Of a stretch of DNA of 64,000 nucleotides, positions 36,665 through 49,605 are shown in pieces. A model generated the notes under the pieces. That model had not been told where the DNA came from. It saw only the letters and a list, made by a program, of their open reading frames with translations, and made no database searches. How positions within the stretch are numbered: the stretch's first letter is position 1; each line of letters starts with the position of its first letter. Location: assembly GCF_058153355.1 (NCBI RefSeq), contig NZ_CM177019.1. One strand, written 5' to 3'. A program made the position numbers and the translations under genes.

Positions 36665-38032
36665 TTAATCGCAGGCAACGATCTTCATCGCCAGGCCACC
36701 ACGAGAGGTTTCGCGGTACTTGGCATTCATATCTTTACCTGTTTCGTACATGGTTTCGATAACTTTATCGAGGCAGACACGAGGTTCGCTGGTACGGCGT
36801 AGCGCCATACGTGCAGCGTTCACCGCTTTTACTGCCGCAATGGCGTTACGCTCAATGCACGGTACCTGAACTTGTCCAGCAACCGGGTCACAAGTCAGAC
36901 CGAGGTTGTGTTCCATGGCGATTTCCGCCGCGATGCACACCTGCGCCGGGCTTGCGCCTAACAGTTCTGCCAGACCAGCTGCCGCCATAGAGCACGCCAC
37001 GCCAACTTCACCCTGGCAACCCACTTCGGCACCAGAAATCGAGGCGTTCATCTTATAAAGAGAACCAATCGCGCTTGCTACCAGCAGGTAACGAGCCAGT
37101 GAGTTAGCGTTCACTTCGCGGATAAACTTGTCGTAGTACGCCAGCACTGCCGGGATAATCCCGCACGCACCGTTAGTCGGCGCAGTCACCACGCGACCGC
37201 CCGCAGCGTTCTCTTCGTTCACTGCCAGCGCAAACATGTTGATCCAGTCAACAACTGCCATCGGATCAGTGGTGGTTTTATCCTGGCTAACCAGCATCCG
37301 GCGCAGTGCCGCAGCGCGGCGTGGAACGCGCAGTTTGCCTGGCAACACGCCTTCGGTGGCAATACCGCGCTCAATACCGCCACGCATTACTTCCCAGACG
37401 TTCGCCAGGTGCTGTTCCAGTTCTTCTTTGCTGTGCAGCGCCAGCTCGTTTTTCATCATCAGACCAGAGAGTGACAGCCCGGTCTCCTGACAATGTTTTT
37501 GAAGATCGGCAGCGGAACTGTACGGATAAGGAACTTCAACCGGTGCGCTATCCTGCTGGCCAAAATGTTCTTCATCAACGATAAAGCCACCGCCGATAGA
37601 GTAGTAAGTCTGGCTGTAAACGACTTTATCGCCCGCCAGCGCGGTAATGCGCATGCCGTTTTCATGCAGAGAAAGGTTATCGGCATGGAAGTTCATGCAC
37701 TGATCAACCGGGAACTCCACTTCGTGCTGACCGTTTGCCAACATCAGGCGACCATGAGTATTCACATCCTGAATAAAACCAGGGATGGAATCGATATCCA
37801 CGGTATCCGGCAGGTTACCCGCCAGACCCATAATTATGGCGATATCTGTGTGGTGGCCTTTACCGGTCAGAGAGAGCGAGCCGTACACGTCAACCACCAC
37901 GCGGGTCACGTCTTTAAGCAGGTTACGGGCAATCAGATCGTCGGTAAATTGCTTACCCGCTTTCATTGGTCCAACGGTATGAGAACTGGAAGGGCCAATG
38001 CCGATTTTGAAAATATCGAATACGCTAATCAT
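36665..38032 (-). CDS. sdaB: L-serine dehydratase 2
   Basis: 455 aa; Fe-S L-serine dehydratase family. Confidence 0.93.
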   Translation of the reverse strand: MISVFDIFKIGIGPSSSHTVGPMKAGKQFTDDLIARNLLKDVTRVVVDVYGSLSLTGKGHHTDIAIIMGLAGNLPDTVDIDSIPGFIQDVNTHGRLMLANGQHEVEFPVDQCMNFHADNLSLHENGMRITALAGDKVVYSQTYYSIGGGFIVDEEHFGQQDSAPVEVPYPYSSAADLQKHCQETGLSLSGLMMKNELALHSKEELEQHLANVWEVMRGGIERGIATEGVLPGKLRVPRRAAALRRMLVSQDKTTTDPMAVVDWINMFALAVNEENAAGGRVVTAPTNGACGIIPAVLAYYDKFIREVNANSLARYLLVASAIGSLYKMNASISGAEVGCQGEVGVACSMAAAGLAELLGASPAQVCIAAEIAMEHNLGLTCDPVAGQVQVPCIERNAIAAVKAVNAARMALRRTSEPRVCLDKVIETMYETGKDMNAKYRETSRGGLAMKIVACD

Positions 38033-38089
38033 AGGAAATACATCGCGTTAAAACGGAGGAAGCGCCGCCCGAAAGCGGCGCGAAAGGAC

Positions 38090-39379
38090 TTAGCTGAACA
38101 GAGAGTAGAAGATTGCGGAGATTGCAATCAGACCCATCACGACAACGAATACGTTGCTGATGTGACCGCTGTACTTACGCATTGCCGGTACTTTCTGGAT
38201 TGCGTACATCGGCATCAGGAACAGGATCATCGCGATGATTGGGCCGCCCAGGGTTTCAATCATACCCAGGATGCTCGGGTTCAGGGTGGCAACAATCCAG
38301 GTCGTTACCAGCATGAACAGCGCAGTGATACGGTTCAGCTTGTTGATTTCGATAGACTTACCTTTACCACGCAGAGATTTAATCACCATACCGTTGAAGC
38401 CTTCACGTGCACCCAGGTAGTGGCCGAGGAAGGATTTGGTGATAGCGATAATCGCGATAATCGGAGCCATCCACGCGATGATCGGCGCGTTAAAGTGGTT
38501 AGCCAGGTAAGACAGAATAGAGATGTTCTGCTCTTTAGCCGCAGCCAGGTCTGCCGGAGTCAGGCTCAGTACGCAGCTGAAGACGAAGAACATTACGGTC
38601 AGCACCATCATGATGTGTGCGAATGCCAGGATCTTCGAGCATTTCTGTTCTGCCATATCGCCGTACTCTTCACGCTTCGCAACGGCGAAAGAAGAGATGA
38701 TCGGAGAGTGGTTGAACGAGAACACCATGACCGGAATCGCCAGCCACAGGGTCATCCACAGACCGTTGCCGGTTGCCGATGCAGTGTCCAGAGACAGCGT
38801 TTCCAGTGCTGCGCCGTTCCACTGAGGGATCAGGTACAGAGCCAGCAGCATCAGTACACCAACAAACGGGAATACCAGAATACTCATCGCCTTCACGATC
38901 ATCTGCTCACCGAAGCGAACAATGGTCATCATACCCACAATCAGGATCAGAGACAGAATCGCACGCGGCGGCGGCGTCATACCCAGCTGGTGAGACATGA
39001 AGCTTTCAACCGTGTTGGTGATTGCCACACTGTAAACCAGCAGGATCGGGTAGATAGCAAAGAAGTAGAGCAGGGTAATCAGTTTACCTGCACCAATACC
39101 AAAGTGTTCTTCTACAACCTCGGTGATGTCTTCGCCTGGGTTTTTACCAGACAGTACGAAGCGAGTCAGGCCGCGGTGAGCAAAAAACGTCATCGGGAAC
39201 GCAAGGATAGCCATGATGATCAGCGGGATCATACCGCCAACACCGGCGTTGATTGGCAGGAACAGCACGCCCGCGCCGATTGCCGTGCCGTAAAGGCCCA
39301 GCATCCACATGGTGTCTGTCTTGCGCCATGCACTACGTGAGTCTTTCGACACAATCGTGCTGGTTTGAGTCGTTTCCAT
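38090..39379 (-). CDS. sdaC: Serine:H+ symporter SdaC
   Basis: 429 aa from [13 protein letters not shown]; HAAAP family transporter. Confidence 0.93.
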   Translation of the reverse strand: METTQTSTIVSKDSRSAWRKTDTMWMLGLYGTAIGAGVLFLPINAGVGGMIPLIIMAILAFPMTFFAHRGLTRFVLSGKNPGEDITEVVEEHFGIGAGKLITLLYFFAIYPILLVYSVAITNTVESFMSHQLGMTPPPRAILSLILIVGMMTIVRFGEQMIVKAMSILVFPFVGVLMLLALYLIPQWNGAALETLSLDTASATGNGLWMTLWLAIPVMVFSFNHSPIISSFAVAKREEYGDMAEQKCSKILAFAHIMMVLTVMFFVFSCVLSLTPADLAAAKEQNISILSYLANHFNAPIIAWMAPIIAIIAITKSFLGHYLGAREGFNGMVIKSLRGKGKSIEINKLNRITALFMLVTTWIVATLNPSILGMIETLGGPIIAMILFLMPMYAIQKVPAMRKYSGHISNVFVVVMGLIAISAIFYSLFS

Positions 39380-39935
39380 CAATTTCTCCTGGAGGAATGC
39401 AAATAATTCAGCTTTTAGCCAGTTCAGCCCGGGAAGGTGCCTGACCGTAAAAATGAAATCTGTCTATCGGCGATGGCTTAATCATTTTCCGCCGTAATAA
39501 TTTGAGGGCGGAAAGATACACACAAGTTATGTATCTATCAGTGATCTTGATCTCAAATACAATAATCTACTTGGAAGATAGATAATCTCAACGCTTTACT
39601 CTGTAAATCAAAAGTAAAAGAGAATTTAAGGGCAATATTTGCCCATTAAACGACATCTGACCTCTTCCGGGGCGCGCAATATATGTAGGTTGAGCTGAAA
39701 AAATCAATACTTTTAGTGAATAATGTGGATAATTTATTTTTCATAGCGATAAAATGTGGTTTGTGAAAACAGGGAAACGTTTGCGTTGCAATATAAATTG
39801 TATGACATATTAACTGTGATGATATTTATCGCGTGAGGATGGTAAGAAACATTTATATAACAAATGAAATGAATTGATGAGTAAGTAACCAAAAACGAGA
39901 AAACCCGGCAACAAACGTCACCGGGGAAGGGGAGA

Positions 39936-41300
39936 TTACGTGCAGATTTCGTAGCAAGGGATGTAGGCTGAGCCTGGCAACTTCATACGATGCTGGGCAA
40001 CAAAACCCTGTAGCAGGTCGTCCATACGACGCATAATCTCTTTATCGCCGTTGATTTTGTAAGGACCAAACTCTTCAATGGCGCGAATACCGACTTCTTT
40101 TACGTTACCCGCCACAATACCGGAGAACGCACGACGCAGATCAGCGGCCAAAACTTCTACTGGCTGATCCGGATACAGTTTCAGATTAGCCATGTTCTCG
40201 TGAGACGGCTCAAACGGCATTTGCAGATCGGGCGCAATGCGCATTGACCAGTTAAAGCTGTAGGCATCGCCCGTATCGCGACGGTTTTCTTTCACCAGCG
40301 GCATCGATTTTTTCATCTGACGAGCGACTTCAGCGGCGTCATCAATGATGATGCGATAATGGCGTCGCGCGTTTTCTCCCAGCGTATGCACGACAAACTC
40401 GTCCAGTACGCGGAAGTAGTCTGCGCTCTCTTTCGGGCCGGTGAGGATCAATGGTAAAACCTGATCTTTGTTGGCCGGGTTCATTAAAATTCCCAGCAAA
40501 TACAGCAACTCTTCTGCCGTACCCACACCGCCAGGGAAGATAATGATACCGTGAGCGATACGGACAAACGCTTCCAGACGTTTTTCGATATCTGGCATGA
40601 TGATCAATTCGTTGACCAGCGGGTTAGGCGGTTCAGCGGCGATAATCGACGGCTCTGTCATACCAATAAAACGACTGTCTTTGTAACGCTGCTGTGCGTG
40701 TCCGACCGCAGCACCTTTCATCGGCGCTTCCATCGCTCCCGGACCACAGCCGGTGCAGATATTCAGCTCACGCAGGCCCAGCTGATTCCCGACGCGACGG
40801 GCATACAAATACTCGTTTTCGTTAATTGAGTGCCCGCCCCAGCAGACCACCATATTTGGCGCTTCACCGACATGCAGTGCGCGAGCGTTACGCAAGATGG
40901 AAAAGACCAGGTTAGTGATGTGGACGGAGTTGTCGAGATTCAGGTTGGGAAAACGAACGGTGTTATGGATTTGCCCGTAAACGAAGAGAATGTCACGCAG
41001 AACCGCGAACAAGTTGGCCTGCAAAGCGCGGATAATACGCCCATCGACAAAAGCTTCTTCCGGGGGATTAATCAGTTCCAGCTTTACGCCGCGTTCACGG
41101 CGCAGGACGTTAATATCGAAATTTTCAAAACGAGACAGCAATTCTTTGCTGTTATCGGTCAAACTACCGGAGTTCAGTACGGCAAGTGAACAGTTGCGAA
41201 ACAGTTGATAGAGGTCGCTGCTGGCGGTGCGTTTAAGCATATCCACTTCCAGCTGCGACAACATATCCATGGAGCCAAGCGGGCTAATATGTGTAATCAA
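39936..41300 (-). CDS. ppnN: Nucleotide 5-prime-monophosphate nucleosidase PpnN (YgdH; LOG family)
   Basis: 454 aa. Confidence 0.9.
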
Positions 41301-41411
41301 GAAAAACTCCTTATGGGACGAATATCGTCATTCCCTTTGATTACAATAGCCCTGCCTGATGACCTTTCACAACCTTCTGCGTGAATCCAGCACGCAAAAT
41401 TGAGAAAAAAT

Positions 41412-42260
41412 TTATTGCCGAACCAGTCTTGTGGTCGATGGGACAAAATCGCTATTACTGCGCCACGGGTTAATGTCCAGACCGCCACGACGGGTATAAC
41501 GTGCGTAAACGCTCAATTTCTCTGGCTGGCAGAAGCGTAACAGGTCATTAAAGATGCGTTCCACGCACTGTTCATGGAACTCGTTGTGATGACGGAAAGA
41601 GACCAGGTAACGCAGCAGTTTTTCCCTGTCAATTTGGCGTCCGCGATACTGAATTTGGATCGAACCCCAATCTGGTTGATGGGTGATCAGGCAATTTGAT
41701 TTCAGCAGGTGGCTGACAAGCGTCTCTTCTACTACTTTTTCGCCACTGGTGGCATTCTCCAGATAGTCAGTAGTGAATTCATAGTTATCGATAGTGATAT
41801 CCTGGTTATCAATGCAAGTGCCATTGAAATGACCTATCGGTTGGCCTTCCAGTTCATCAAGGCGATATAACGCCACGCTAACATTACCCTGGGCGCAAGT
41901 GCTTAAGTCGCGCTCCAGCGTCTGGCGCACCTCATCCCAGTTATTAAAACGCGTCTGGTTAAAACTGTTGAGATAGAGCTTAAAACTCTTCGACTCAATC
42001 AGATTTGCGCTGGTGTAATCAAGTTCAACATGACCGACGGCGACCTGCGGCAAACCTTTCGCATTCAGCCAGGAAAGTTCATATAGCGTCCAGATATCCG
42101 TACCATGAAATGGCAGGTTATCCGCTTTCAGACCCAGCGGATCGCGATTCAGACTACGCGGAACGCCTTGTAGCAGGCTGGCGTCATAGGTATCCCGGTA
42201 ATCGGTTGATTTTCCAAGAGTCAGGCCCGCAAGTGCCTGATGGTTTGCATAAGAAGACAT
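41412..42260 (-). CDS. queF: NADPH-dependent 7-cyano-7-deazaguanine reductase QueF
   Basis: 282 aa, two-domain QueF type. Confidence 0.9.
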   Translation of the reverse strand: MSSYANHQALAGLTLGKSTDYRDTYDASLLQGVPRSLNRDPLGLKADNLPFHGTDIWTLYELSWLNAKGLPQVAVGHVELDYTSANLIESKSFKLYLNSFNQTRFNNWDEVRQTLERDLSTCAQGNVSVALYRLDELEGQPIGHFNGTCIDNQDITIDNYEFTTDYLENATSGEKVVEETLVSHLLKSNCLITHQPDWGSIQIQYRGRQIDREKLLRYLVSFRHHNEFHEQCVERIFNDLLRFCQPEKLSVYARYTRRGGLDINPWRSNSDFVPSTTRLVRQ

Positions 42261-42327
42261 GTTTCACCGTCATAAACCAGATAAACTAAACGACAAGTGT
42301 ATCTGGTTTAAGTGAAGAGAGAAATTA

Positions 42328-42873
42328 GTGGACGATTTGACCGCACAAGCCTTGAAAGATTTTACTGCACGCTACTGCGATGCGTGGCATGAAGAGCATA
42401 AAAGCTGGCCGTTAAGTGAGGAACTGTACGGCGTTCCTTCACCGTGCATTATTTCAACTACTGAAGATGCCGTATACTGGCAACCCCAGCCGTTTACCGG
42501 GGAACAAAATGTAAACGCGGTTGAACGCGCTTTTGATATTGTGATACAACCCACAATTCATACCTTTTATACGACTCAGTTTGCCGGGGATATGCACGCG
42601 CAGTTTGGCGATATCAAACTGACATTGCTGCAAACCTGGAGTGAAGACGACTTCCGTCGGGTGCAGGAAAATCTGATTGGTCATCTGGTGACTCAGAAAA
42701 GGCTAAAACTGCCGCCCACGCTATTTATCGCGACGCTGGAAGAAGAGTTAGAGGTCATCTCGGTGTGTAATCTCTCCGGTGAAGTGTGCAAAGAGACGCT
42801 GGGAACACGCAAACGGACGCATTTAGCCTCAAATCTTGCGGAATTCCTTAATCAACTTAAGCCTCTTCTGTAA
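42328..42873 (+). CDS. syd: SecY-interacting protein Syd
   Basis: 181 aa; divergent from queF. Confidence 0.9.
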
Positions 42874-42892
42874 TCCAAATACCCCATCTTGT

Positions 42893-42910
42893 TGTGAGAG
42901 ATCTCTTACA
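42893..42910 (+). promoter_or_regulatory. UvrY (BarA-UvrY) binding palindrome upstream of csrB
   Basis: Perfect 18-bp palindrome tgtgagagatctcttaca about 170 bp upstream of the csrB start. Confidence 0.8.
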
Positions 42911-43082
42911 GACTCTGTAGGAGATCGCCAGGAAATAAGCGAATACTTAAAAAGATAAGAATCGTTATTTTCATTTAAAATCAATATATTGCTTGTTAAT
43001 TCTTAACTTTCATATGAAATTTTCCTTAAGGCATTGTCTGTAAGCGCCTTGTAAGACTTCGCGAAAAAGACGATTCTATCTT

Positions 43083-43449
43083 CGTCGACAGGGAGTCAGA
43101 CAACGAAGTGAACATCAGGATGATGACACTTCTGAAGGACACACCAGGAGGGTGTTTCAGGGAAAGGCTTCTGGATGAAGCGAAGAGGATGACGCAGGAC
43201 GCGTTAAAGGACACCTCCAGGATGGAGAATGAGAACCGGTCAGGATGATTCGGTGGGTCAGGAAGGCCAGGGACACTTCAGGATGAAGTATCACATCGGG
43301 GTGGTGTGAGCAGGAAGCAATAGTTCAGGATGAACTATTGGCCGCAAGGCCAGAGGAAAAGTTGTTAAGGATGAGCAGGGAGCAACAAAAGTAGCTGGAA
43401 TGCTGCGAAACGAACCGGGAGCACTGTGAATACAGTGCTCCCTTTTTTT
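43083..43449 (+). ncRNA. csrB: CsrB, the CsrA-sequestering sRNA
   Basis: About 367 nt with many repeated GGA-containing motifs (caggatg, aaggaca, aggatga); terminator ccgggagcactgtgaatacagtgctccc plus T run; location between syd and yqcC. Confidence 0.92.
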
Positions 43450-43494
43450 ATTCCTGCTATCCTTCGCGGCAGTTTTTCTTATTGAGGTTGCTTT

Positions 43495-43824
43495 ATGACC
43501 ACTCATGACCGCGTTCGTCTCCAGTTGCAGGCGCTTGAAGCGTTACTACGTGAACATCAGCACTGGCGAAACGATGAACCCCAGCCGCATCAATTTAACA
43601 GTACCCAACCGTTCTTTATGGACACCATGGAACCACTGGAGTGGTTGCAGTGGGTGCTGATCCCGCGAATGCACGATTTGTTAGATAACAACCAGCCGTT
43701 ACCGGGCGCTTTTGCCGTTGCACCCTATTATGAAATGGCGCTGGCGACGGACCACCCGCAACGCGCGCTTATTCTGGCTGAGCTGGAAAAACTGGATGCT
43801 CTTTTTGCGGATGATGCGAGCTAA
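43495..43824 (+). CDS. yqcC: DUF446 protein YqcC
   Basis: 109 aa. Confidence 0.85.
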   Translation: MTTHDRVRLQLQALEALLREHQHWRNDEPQPHQFNSTQPFFMDTMEPLEWLQWVLIPRMHDLLDNNQPLPGAFAVAPYYEMALATDHPQRALILAELEKLDALFADDAS

Positions 43825-44606
43825 TGCTGGAAATACTCTATCAGGATGAATGGCTGGTTGCGGTAAATAAACCCTCCGGCTGGCTGGTTCACCGCAGCTG
43901 GCTGGATCGCGACGAGAAAGTAGTGGTCATGCAAACCGTGCGTGACCAGATAGGCCAGCATGTTTTTACTGCTCATCGTCTGGACCGACCAACTTCTGGT
44001 GTGTTGTTGATGGGATTATCCGGCGAGGCCGGACGGCTGCTGGCACAACAGTTTGAACAGCACCAAATCCAGAAACGTTACCATGCGATTGTGCGCGGCT
44101 GGTTGATGGAAGAAGCAGTTCTGGATTATCCACTGGTGGAAGAACTGGACAAAATCGCTGATAAATTCGCCCGCGAAGATAAAGGTCCACAGCCAGCGGT
44201 GACACATTATCGCGGTCTGGCGACCGTAGAAATGCCTGTAGCGACCGGACGTTACCCGACTACGCGCTACGGTCTGGTGGAACTGGAGCCGAAAACAGGA
44301 CGCAAGCATCAGCTCCGTCGCCATCTTGCCCACTTGCGCCATCCGATTATTGGCGACAGCAAACATGGTGATTTACGTCAGAATCGTAGCGGTGTTGAAC
44401 ATTTTGGCCTTCAGCGGTTAATGCTGCATGCCAGTCAGTTGTCATTGACACATCCATTTACTGGCGAGCCGCTGACTATTCACGCGGGCCTGGACGACAC
44501 CTGGATGCAGGCGTTATCACAATTTGGCTGGCGTGGTCTGCTTCCTGAAAATGAAAGGGTTGAGTTCAGCGCGCCATCGGGTCAGGATGGAGAGATAAGT
44601 TCCTAA
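43824..44606 (+). CDS. truC: tRNA pseudouridine(65) synthase TruC
   Basis: 260 aa; RluA-family motif HRLDRPTSG. Confidence 0.92.
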   Translation: MLEILYQDEWLVAVNKPSGWLVHRSWLDRDEKVVVMQTVRDQIGQHVFTAHRLDRPTSGVLLMGLSGEAGRLLAQQFEQHQIQKRYHAIVRGWLMEEAVLDYPLVEELDKIADKFAREDKGPQPAVTHYRGLATVEMPVATGRYPTTRYGLVELEPKTGRKHQLRRHLAHLRHPIIGDSKHGDLRQNRSGVEHFGLQRLMLHASQLSLTHPFTGEPLTIHAGLDDTWMQALSQFGWRGLLPENERVEFSAPSGQDGEISS

Positions 44607-44623
44607 TCCAGGGAGAAAACGGT

Positions 44624-45073
44624 ATGGCGGAAATTGGTATTTTTGTGGGCACCATGTACGGAAATTCACTGTTAGTGGCGGAAGAAGCGGAAGCAATTCT
44701 GACCGCGCTGGGCCACAAAGTAACGGTATTTGAAGATCCTGAATTAAGTGACTGGCTGCCCTATCAGGATAAGTTCGTTCTGGTGGTTACGTCCACGACC
44801 GGGCAGGGCGACCTTCCTGATAGCATTGTGCCGCTCTTTCAGGGAATTAAAGATACCCTGGGCTTCCAGCCGAATCTGCGTTATGGCGTGATTGCGCTCG
44901 GCGACAGTAGTTATGTGAATTTCTGCAATGGCGGCAAACAGTTCGATGCCTTGTTGCAGGAACAGAGCGCTCAGCGAGTTGGCGAAATGCTGTTGATTGA
45001 CGCCAGTGATAACCCGGAACCGGAAACGGAATCAAATCCGTGGGTCGAACATTGGGGCACGCTGTTGTCCTGA
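44624..45073 (+). CDS. yqcA: Flavodoxin-like protein YqcA
   Basis: 149 aa, FMN-binding flavodoxin fold. Confidence 0.88.
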   Translation: MAEIGIFVGTMYGNSLLVAEEAEAILTALGHKVTVFEDPELSDWLPYQDKFVLVVTSTTGQGDLPDSIVPLFQGIKDTLGFQPNLRYGVIALGDSSYVNFCNGGKQFDALLQEQSAQRVGEMLLIDASDNPEPETESNPWVEHWGTLLS

Positions 45074-45492
45074 AAAATTGCCGTTTTAAGCAAACTGAAT
45101 CGAATCTTTTCAGGCAAATGCCAGTAAAAACTGCTTCATAGCGCGGATTTTTACTGGCGTTTGCCTGGAGTCAAGCGATCCATTTCATACTCTTCTTTAT
45201 TTCTTCGTTTTAATCCTTCCTTTCTTGTTCTTGTTTTCATTTCCGTGAAGTGGATTCCACCGTCCAGGGCTAATGCCAAAATCGGGCCTCATTGAACGCA
45301 TTAATGTTGTGTTGTTGCACGGTGAGCCGCTATGGCGCGCTTTTTATACTGTTATTGCCAGATATAAACACGCGCCGTATTCGGCGAACGACCTATAAAA
45401 ACGGCAAAAAATACCCTACGTCACCTCTGATTTCCTGGCGATGTCGCAGTCCAGAGTGAGCGTGGCTAACGCGAATTTTCAGGAGTGCAACA

Positions 45493-46845
45493 ATGAGTTC
45501 TTTAAGTCAGGCTGCGAGCAGTGTGGAAAAACGCACGAATGCTCGTTACTGGATAGTGGTGATGTTGTTTATCGTCACATCCTTCAACTACGGCGACCGC
45601 GCTACGCTCTCTATCGCCGGTTCGGAAATGGCCAAAGATATCGGCCTTGATCCTGTGGGAATGGGCTATGTGTTCTCTGCTTTCTCATGGGCTTATGTTA
45701 TCGGGCAGATCCCTGGTGGCTGGTTGCTGGACCGTTTTGGTTCAAAACGCGTCTACTTCTGGTCGATCTTTATCTGGTCGATGTTTACCTTGCTGCAAGG
45801 CTTCGTCGATATCTTTAGTGGATTCGGCATTATCGTTGCCCTGTTTACGCTGCGCTTCCTGGTCGGGCTTGCTGAAGCGCCATCTTTCCCCGGTAACAGT
45901 CGCATTGTAGCGGCCTGGTTTCCGGCGCAGGAAAGGGGAACTGCAGTGTCTATTTTTAACTCCGCCCAATACTTCGCAACAGTGATCTTCGCGCCGATTA
46001 TGGGCTGGCTGACTCATGAAGTGGGTTGGTCACATGTCTTCTTCTTCATGGGCGGTCTGGGCATTGTCATCAGCTTTATCTGGTTGAAAGTCATCCATGA
46101 GCCAAATCAACATCCGGGCGTAAATCAGAAAGAGCTGGAGTACATCGCCGCGGGTGGTGCGCTGATCAATATGGATCAGCAAAACACCAAAGTTAAAGTA
46201 CCGTTCAGCGTGAAGTGGGGGCAGATCAAACAGCTGCTCGGGTCACGGATGATGATCGGCGTTTATATCGGTCAGTACTGTATCAACGCCCTGACTTACT
46301 TCTTTATTACCTGGTTCCCGGTTTATCTGGTGCAGGCACGCGGGATGTCGATTCTGAAAGCGGGCTTTGTGGCTTCCGTTCCGGCGGTTTGCGGTTTTAT
46401 CGGCGGTGTGCTGGGTGGGATTATTTCCGACTGGCTGATGCGCCGCACGGGATCGCTGAACATTGCGCGTAAAACACCGATCGTAATGGGCATGTTGCTG
46501 TCGATGGTGATGGTGTTCTGCAACTACGTCAACGTTGAGTGGATGATCATCGGCTTTATGGCGCTGGCCTTCTTCGGTAAGGGCATCGGGGCGCTGGGTT
46601 GGGCAGTAATGGCAGATACCGCGCCAAAAGAGATCAGCGGTCTTTCCGGTGGCCTGTTCAATATGTTTGGTAACATTTCCGGTATCGTCACGCCAATCGC
46701 AATTGGTTATATCGTTGGCACGACTGGCTCCTTTAATGGGGCGCTGATTTATGTTGGTGTTCATGCCCTAATCGCGGTACTGAGCTACCTGGTGCTGGTG
46801 GGCGATATCAAGCGTATCGAGCTGAAACCTGTTGCGGGGCAATAA
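45493..46845 (+). CDS. gudP: Glucarate/galactarate MFS transporter GudP
   Basis: 450 aa, 12-TM MFS. Confidence 0.9.
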   Translation: MSSLSQAASSVEKRTNARYWIVVMLFIVTSFNYGDRATLSIAGSEMAKDIGLDPVGMGYVFSAFSWAYVIGQIPGGWLLDRFGSKRVYFWSIFIWSMFTLLQGFVDIFSGFGIIVALFTLRFLVGLAEAPSFPGNSRIVAAWFPAQERGTAVSIFNSAQYFATVIFAPIMGWLTHEVGWSHVFFFMGGLGIVISFIWLKVIHEPNQHPGVNQKELEYIAAGGALINMDQQNTKVKVPFSVKWGQIKQLLGSRMMIGVYIGQYCINALTYFFITWFPVYLVQARGMSILKAGFVASVPAVCGFIGGVLGGIISDWLMRRTGSLNIARKTPIVMGMLLSMVMVFCNYVNVEWMIIGFMALAFFGKGIGALGWAVMADTAPKEISGLSGGLFNMFGNISGIVTPIAIGYIVGTTGSFNGALIYVGVHALIAVLSYLVLVGDIKRIELKPVAGQ

Positions 46846-46846
46846 G

Positions 46847-48187
46847 ATGGCGACACAATCCAGTCCTGTTATTACTGATATGAAAGTCATTCCGGTGGCC
46901 GGGCATGACAGCATGTTGCTTAATATTGGTGGGGCACATAACGCATATTTCACCCGCAATATTGTGGTACTCACCGATAACGCCGGGCATACCGGTATTG
47001 GTGAAGCGCCCGGCGGAGAGGTGATTTATCAGACACTGGTCGATGCTATTCCGATGGTGCTGGGCCAGGAGGTCGCACGCCTGAATAAAGTGGTTCAGCA
47101 GGTGCATAAAGGTAATCAGGCTGCCGATTTTGATACCTTCGGCAAAGGTGCCTGGACTTTTGAATTGCGCGTTAATGCCGTGGCGGCGCTGGAAGCCGCC
47201 TTGCTTGACCTGCTAGGTAAGGTGCTGAATGTTCCGGTCTGCGAACTGCTAGGGCCAGGCAAGCAACGTGACGCTATTACCGTCCTCGGTTATCTGTTTT
47301 ATATCGGTGATCGGACTAAAACCGATCTTCCTTATCTGGAAAATACGCCGGGCAACCATGAGTGGTATCAGTTGCGCCACCAAAAAGCGATGAACAGCGA
47401 AGCCGTTGTGCGTCTGGCGGAAGCCTCACAGGATCGCTATGGCTTTAAAGATTTCAAACTTAAGGGCGGCGTGTTACCTGGCGAGCAAGAAATCGACACT
47501 GTTCGTGCATTGAAGAAACGCTTCCCGGATGCGCGAATTACCGTTGATCCCAACGGTGCATGGCTGCTTGATGAAGCCATTTCTCTGTGCAAAGGGCTGA
47601 ATGATGTTCTCACCTATGCGGAAGACCCGTGCGGCGCTGAGCAGGGTTTCTCCGGACGTGAAGTGATGGCGGAGTTTCGACGGGCGACCGGATTGCCCGT
47701 CGCGACTAACATGATCGCCACCAACTGGCGCGAAATGGGCCATGCGGTGATGCTCAATGCGGTAGATATTCCACTTGCCGATCCGCATTTCTGGACGCTT
47801 TCCGGTGCAGTCCGCGTGGCGCAACTTTGCGACGACTGGGGGCTGACCTGGGGCTGCCATTCCAATAACCACTTTGATATCTCTCTGGCGATGTTTACCC
47901 ATGTGGGTGCGGCGGCACCGGGTAATCCTACCGCTATCGATACCCACTGGATTTGGCAGGAGGGAGATTGTCGCCTGACCAAAAATCCGCTGGAGATTAA
48001 AAACGGAAAAATTGCCGTTCCTGATGCGCCCGGTCTGGGCGTGGAACTGGACTGGGAGCAGGTACAAAAGGCGCATGAGGCCTATAAACGTCTGCCTGGC
48101 GGTGCGCGTAACGACGCGGGCCCGATGCAGTACCTGATCCCCGGCTGGACCTTTGACCGTAAACGTCCCGTTTTCGGCCGTCATTGA
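46847..48187 (+). CDS. gudX: Glucarate dehydratase-related protein GudX (enolase superfamily)
   Basis: 446 aa from [24 protein letters not shown]; paralog of gudD. Confidence 0.9.
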   Translation: MATQSSPVITDMKVIPVAGHDSMLLNIGGAHNAYFTRNIVVLTDNAGHTGIGEAPGGEVIYQTLVDAIPMVLGQEVARLNKVVQQVHKGNQAADFDTFGKGAWTFELRVNAVAALEAALLDLLGKVLNVPVCELLGPGKQRDAITVLGYLFYIGDRTKTDLPYLENTPGNHEWYQLRHQKAMNSEAVVRLAEASQDRYGFKDFKLKGGVLPGEQEIDTVRALKKRFPDARITVDPNGAWLLDEAISLCKGLNDVLTYAEDPCGAEQGFSGREVMAEFRRATGLPVATNMIATNWREMGHAVMLNAVDIPLADPHFWTLSGAVRVAQLCDDWGLTWGCHSNNHFDISLAMFTHVGAAAPGNPTAIDTHWIWQEGDCRLTKNPLEIKNGKIAVPDAPGLGVELDWEQVQKAHEAYKRLPGGARNDAGPMQYLIPGWTFDRKRPVFGRH

Positions 48188-48207
48188 TTTTGAAAAAGGA
48201 CATAGAT

Positions 48208-49548
48208 ATGAGTTTTCAATTTACGACGCCTGTTGTTACTGAAATGCAGGTCATCCCGGTGGCGGGCCATGACAGTATGCTGATGAATCTGAGTGGTGCA
48301 CACGCACCGTTCTTCACGCGTAATATTGTGATTATCAAAGATAATTCTGGTCACACTGGCGTAGGGGAAATTCCCGGCGGCGAGAAAATCCGTAAAACGC
48401 TGGAAGATGCAATTCCGCTGGTGGTGGGTAAAACGCTGGGTGAATACAAAAACGTTCTGACGCTGGTGCGTAATACATTTGCCGATCGTGATGCCGGCGG
48501 GCGCGGTTTGCAGACATTTGATTTGCGGACCACTATTCATGTGGTTACTGGGATAGAAGCGGCAATGCTGGATCTGCTGGGGCAGCATCTGGGGGTTAAC
48601 GTGGCATCGCTGCTGGGCGATGGTCAACAGCGTAGCGAAGTCGAAATGCTCGGTTATCTGTTCTTCGTCGGTAATCGCAAAGCCACACCGCTGCCGTATC
48701 AAAGCCAGCCGGATGACTCATGCGACTGGTATCGCCTGCGTCACGAAGAAGCGATGACGTCGGATGCGGTGGTGCGCCTGGCGGAAGCGGCATATGAAAA
48801 ATATGGCTTCAACGATTTCAAACTGAAGGGCGGTGTACTGGCCGGAGAAGAAGAAGCCGAATCTATTGTGGCACTGGCGCAACGCTTCCCGCAGGCGCGT
48901 ATTACCCTCGATCCTAACGGTGCCTGGTCGCTGAACGAAGCGATTAAAATCGGTAAATACCTGAAAGGTTCGCTGGCTTATGCAGAAGATCCGTGTGGTG
49001 CGGAGCAAGGTTTCTCCGGGCGTGAAGTGATGGCAGAGTTCCGTCGCGCGACTGGCCTGCCGACCGCAACCAATATGATCGCCACCGACTGGCGGCAGAT
49101 GGGCCATACGCTCTCGTTACAATCCGTTGATATCCCGCTGGCGGATCCGCATTTCTGGACGATGCAAGGTTCGGTACGTGTGGCGCAAATGTGCCATGAA
49201 TTTGGCCTGACCTGGGGGTCACACTCTAACAACCACTTCGATATTTCCCTGGCGATGTTTACCCATGTAGCCGCTGCTGCACCGGGTAAAATTACTGCTA
49301 TTGATACGCACTGGATCTGGCAGGAAGGCAATCAGCGTCTGACCAAAGAACCGTTTGAGATCAAAGGCGGGCTGGTACAGGTGCCGCAAAAACCAGGATT
49401 GGGCGTAGAAATCGATATGGATCAGGTGATGAAAGCCCACGAGCTGTATCAGAAACACGGGCTTGGCGCGCGTGACGATGCAATGGGAATGCAGTATCTG
49501 ATTCCTGGCTGGACGTTCGATAACAAGCGTCCGTGCATGGTGCGTTAA
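48208..49548 (+). CDS. gudD: D-glucarate dehydratase GudD
   Basis: 446 aa from [25 protein letters not shown]. Confidence 0.92.
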   Translation: MSFQFTTPVVTEMQVIPVAGHDSMLMNLSGAHAPFFTRNIVIIKDNSGHTGVGEIPGGEKIRKTLEDAIPLVVGKTLGEYKNVLTLVRNTFADRDAGGRGLQTFDLRTTIHVVTGIEAAMLDLLGQHLGVNVASLLGDGQQRSEVEMLGYLFFVGNRKATPLPYQSQPDDSCDWYRLRHEEAMTSDAVVRLAEAAYEKYGFNDFKLKGGVLAGEEEAESIVALAQRFPQARITLDPNGAWSLNEAIKIGKYLKGSLAYAEDPCGAEQGFSGREVMAEFRRATGLPTATNMIATDWRQMGHTLSLQSVDIPLADPHFWTMQGSVRVAQMCHEFGLTWGSHSNNHFDISLAMFTHVAAAAPGKITAIDTHWIWQEGNQRLTKEPFEIKGGLVQVPQKPGLGVEIDMDQVMKAHELYQKHGLGARDDAMGMQYLIPGWTFDNKRPCMVR

Positions 49549-49558
49549 GACAGAAAAC

Positions 49559-49588
49559 CAAAACCGGCTCTGTCAGGAGCCGGTTTTT
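49559..49588. terminator. Bidirectional intrinsic terminator between convergent gudD and barA
   Basis: Hairpin aaccggctc tgtcagg agccggtt flanked by A and T runs. Confidence 0.7.
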
Positions 49589-49605
49589 ACTGGATAACAT
49601 ATTTA

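Noticed and set aside
37493-39340. 615-aa plus-strand ORF spanning the sdaB-sdaC region
   Set aside because: Entirely antisense to two well-supported genes and crosses their intergenic gap; the translation is low-complexity, rich in His, Arg, Gln and Asp, with no recognisable domain.
46243-48184. Long minus-strand ORFs of 173 and 236 aa within gudP and gudX
   Set aside because: Antisense to conserved genes; no independent support.
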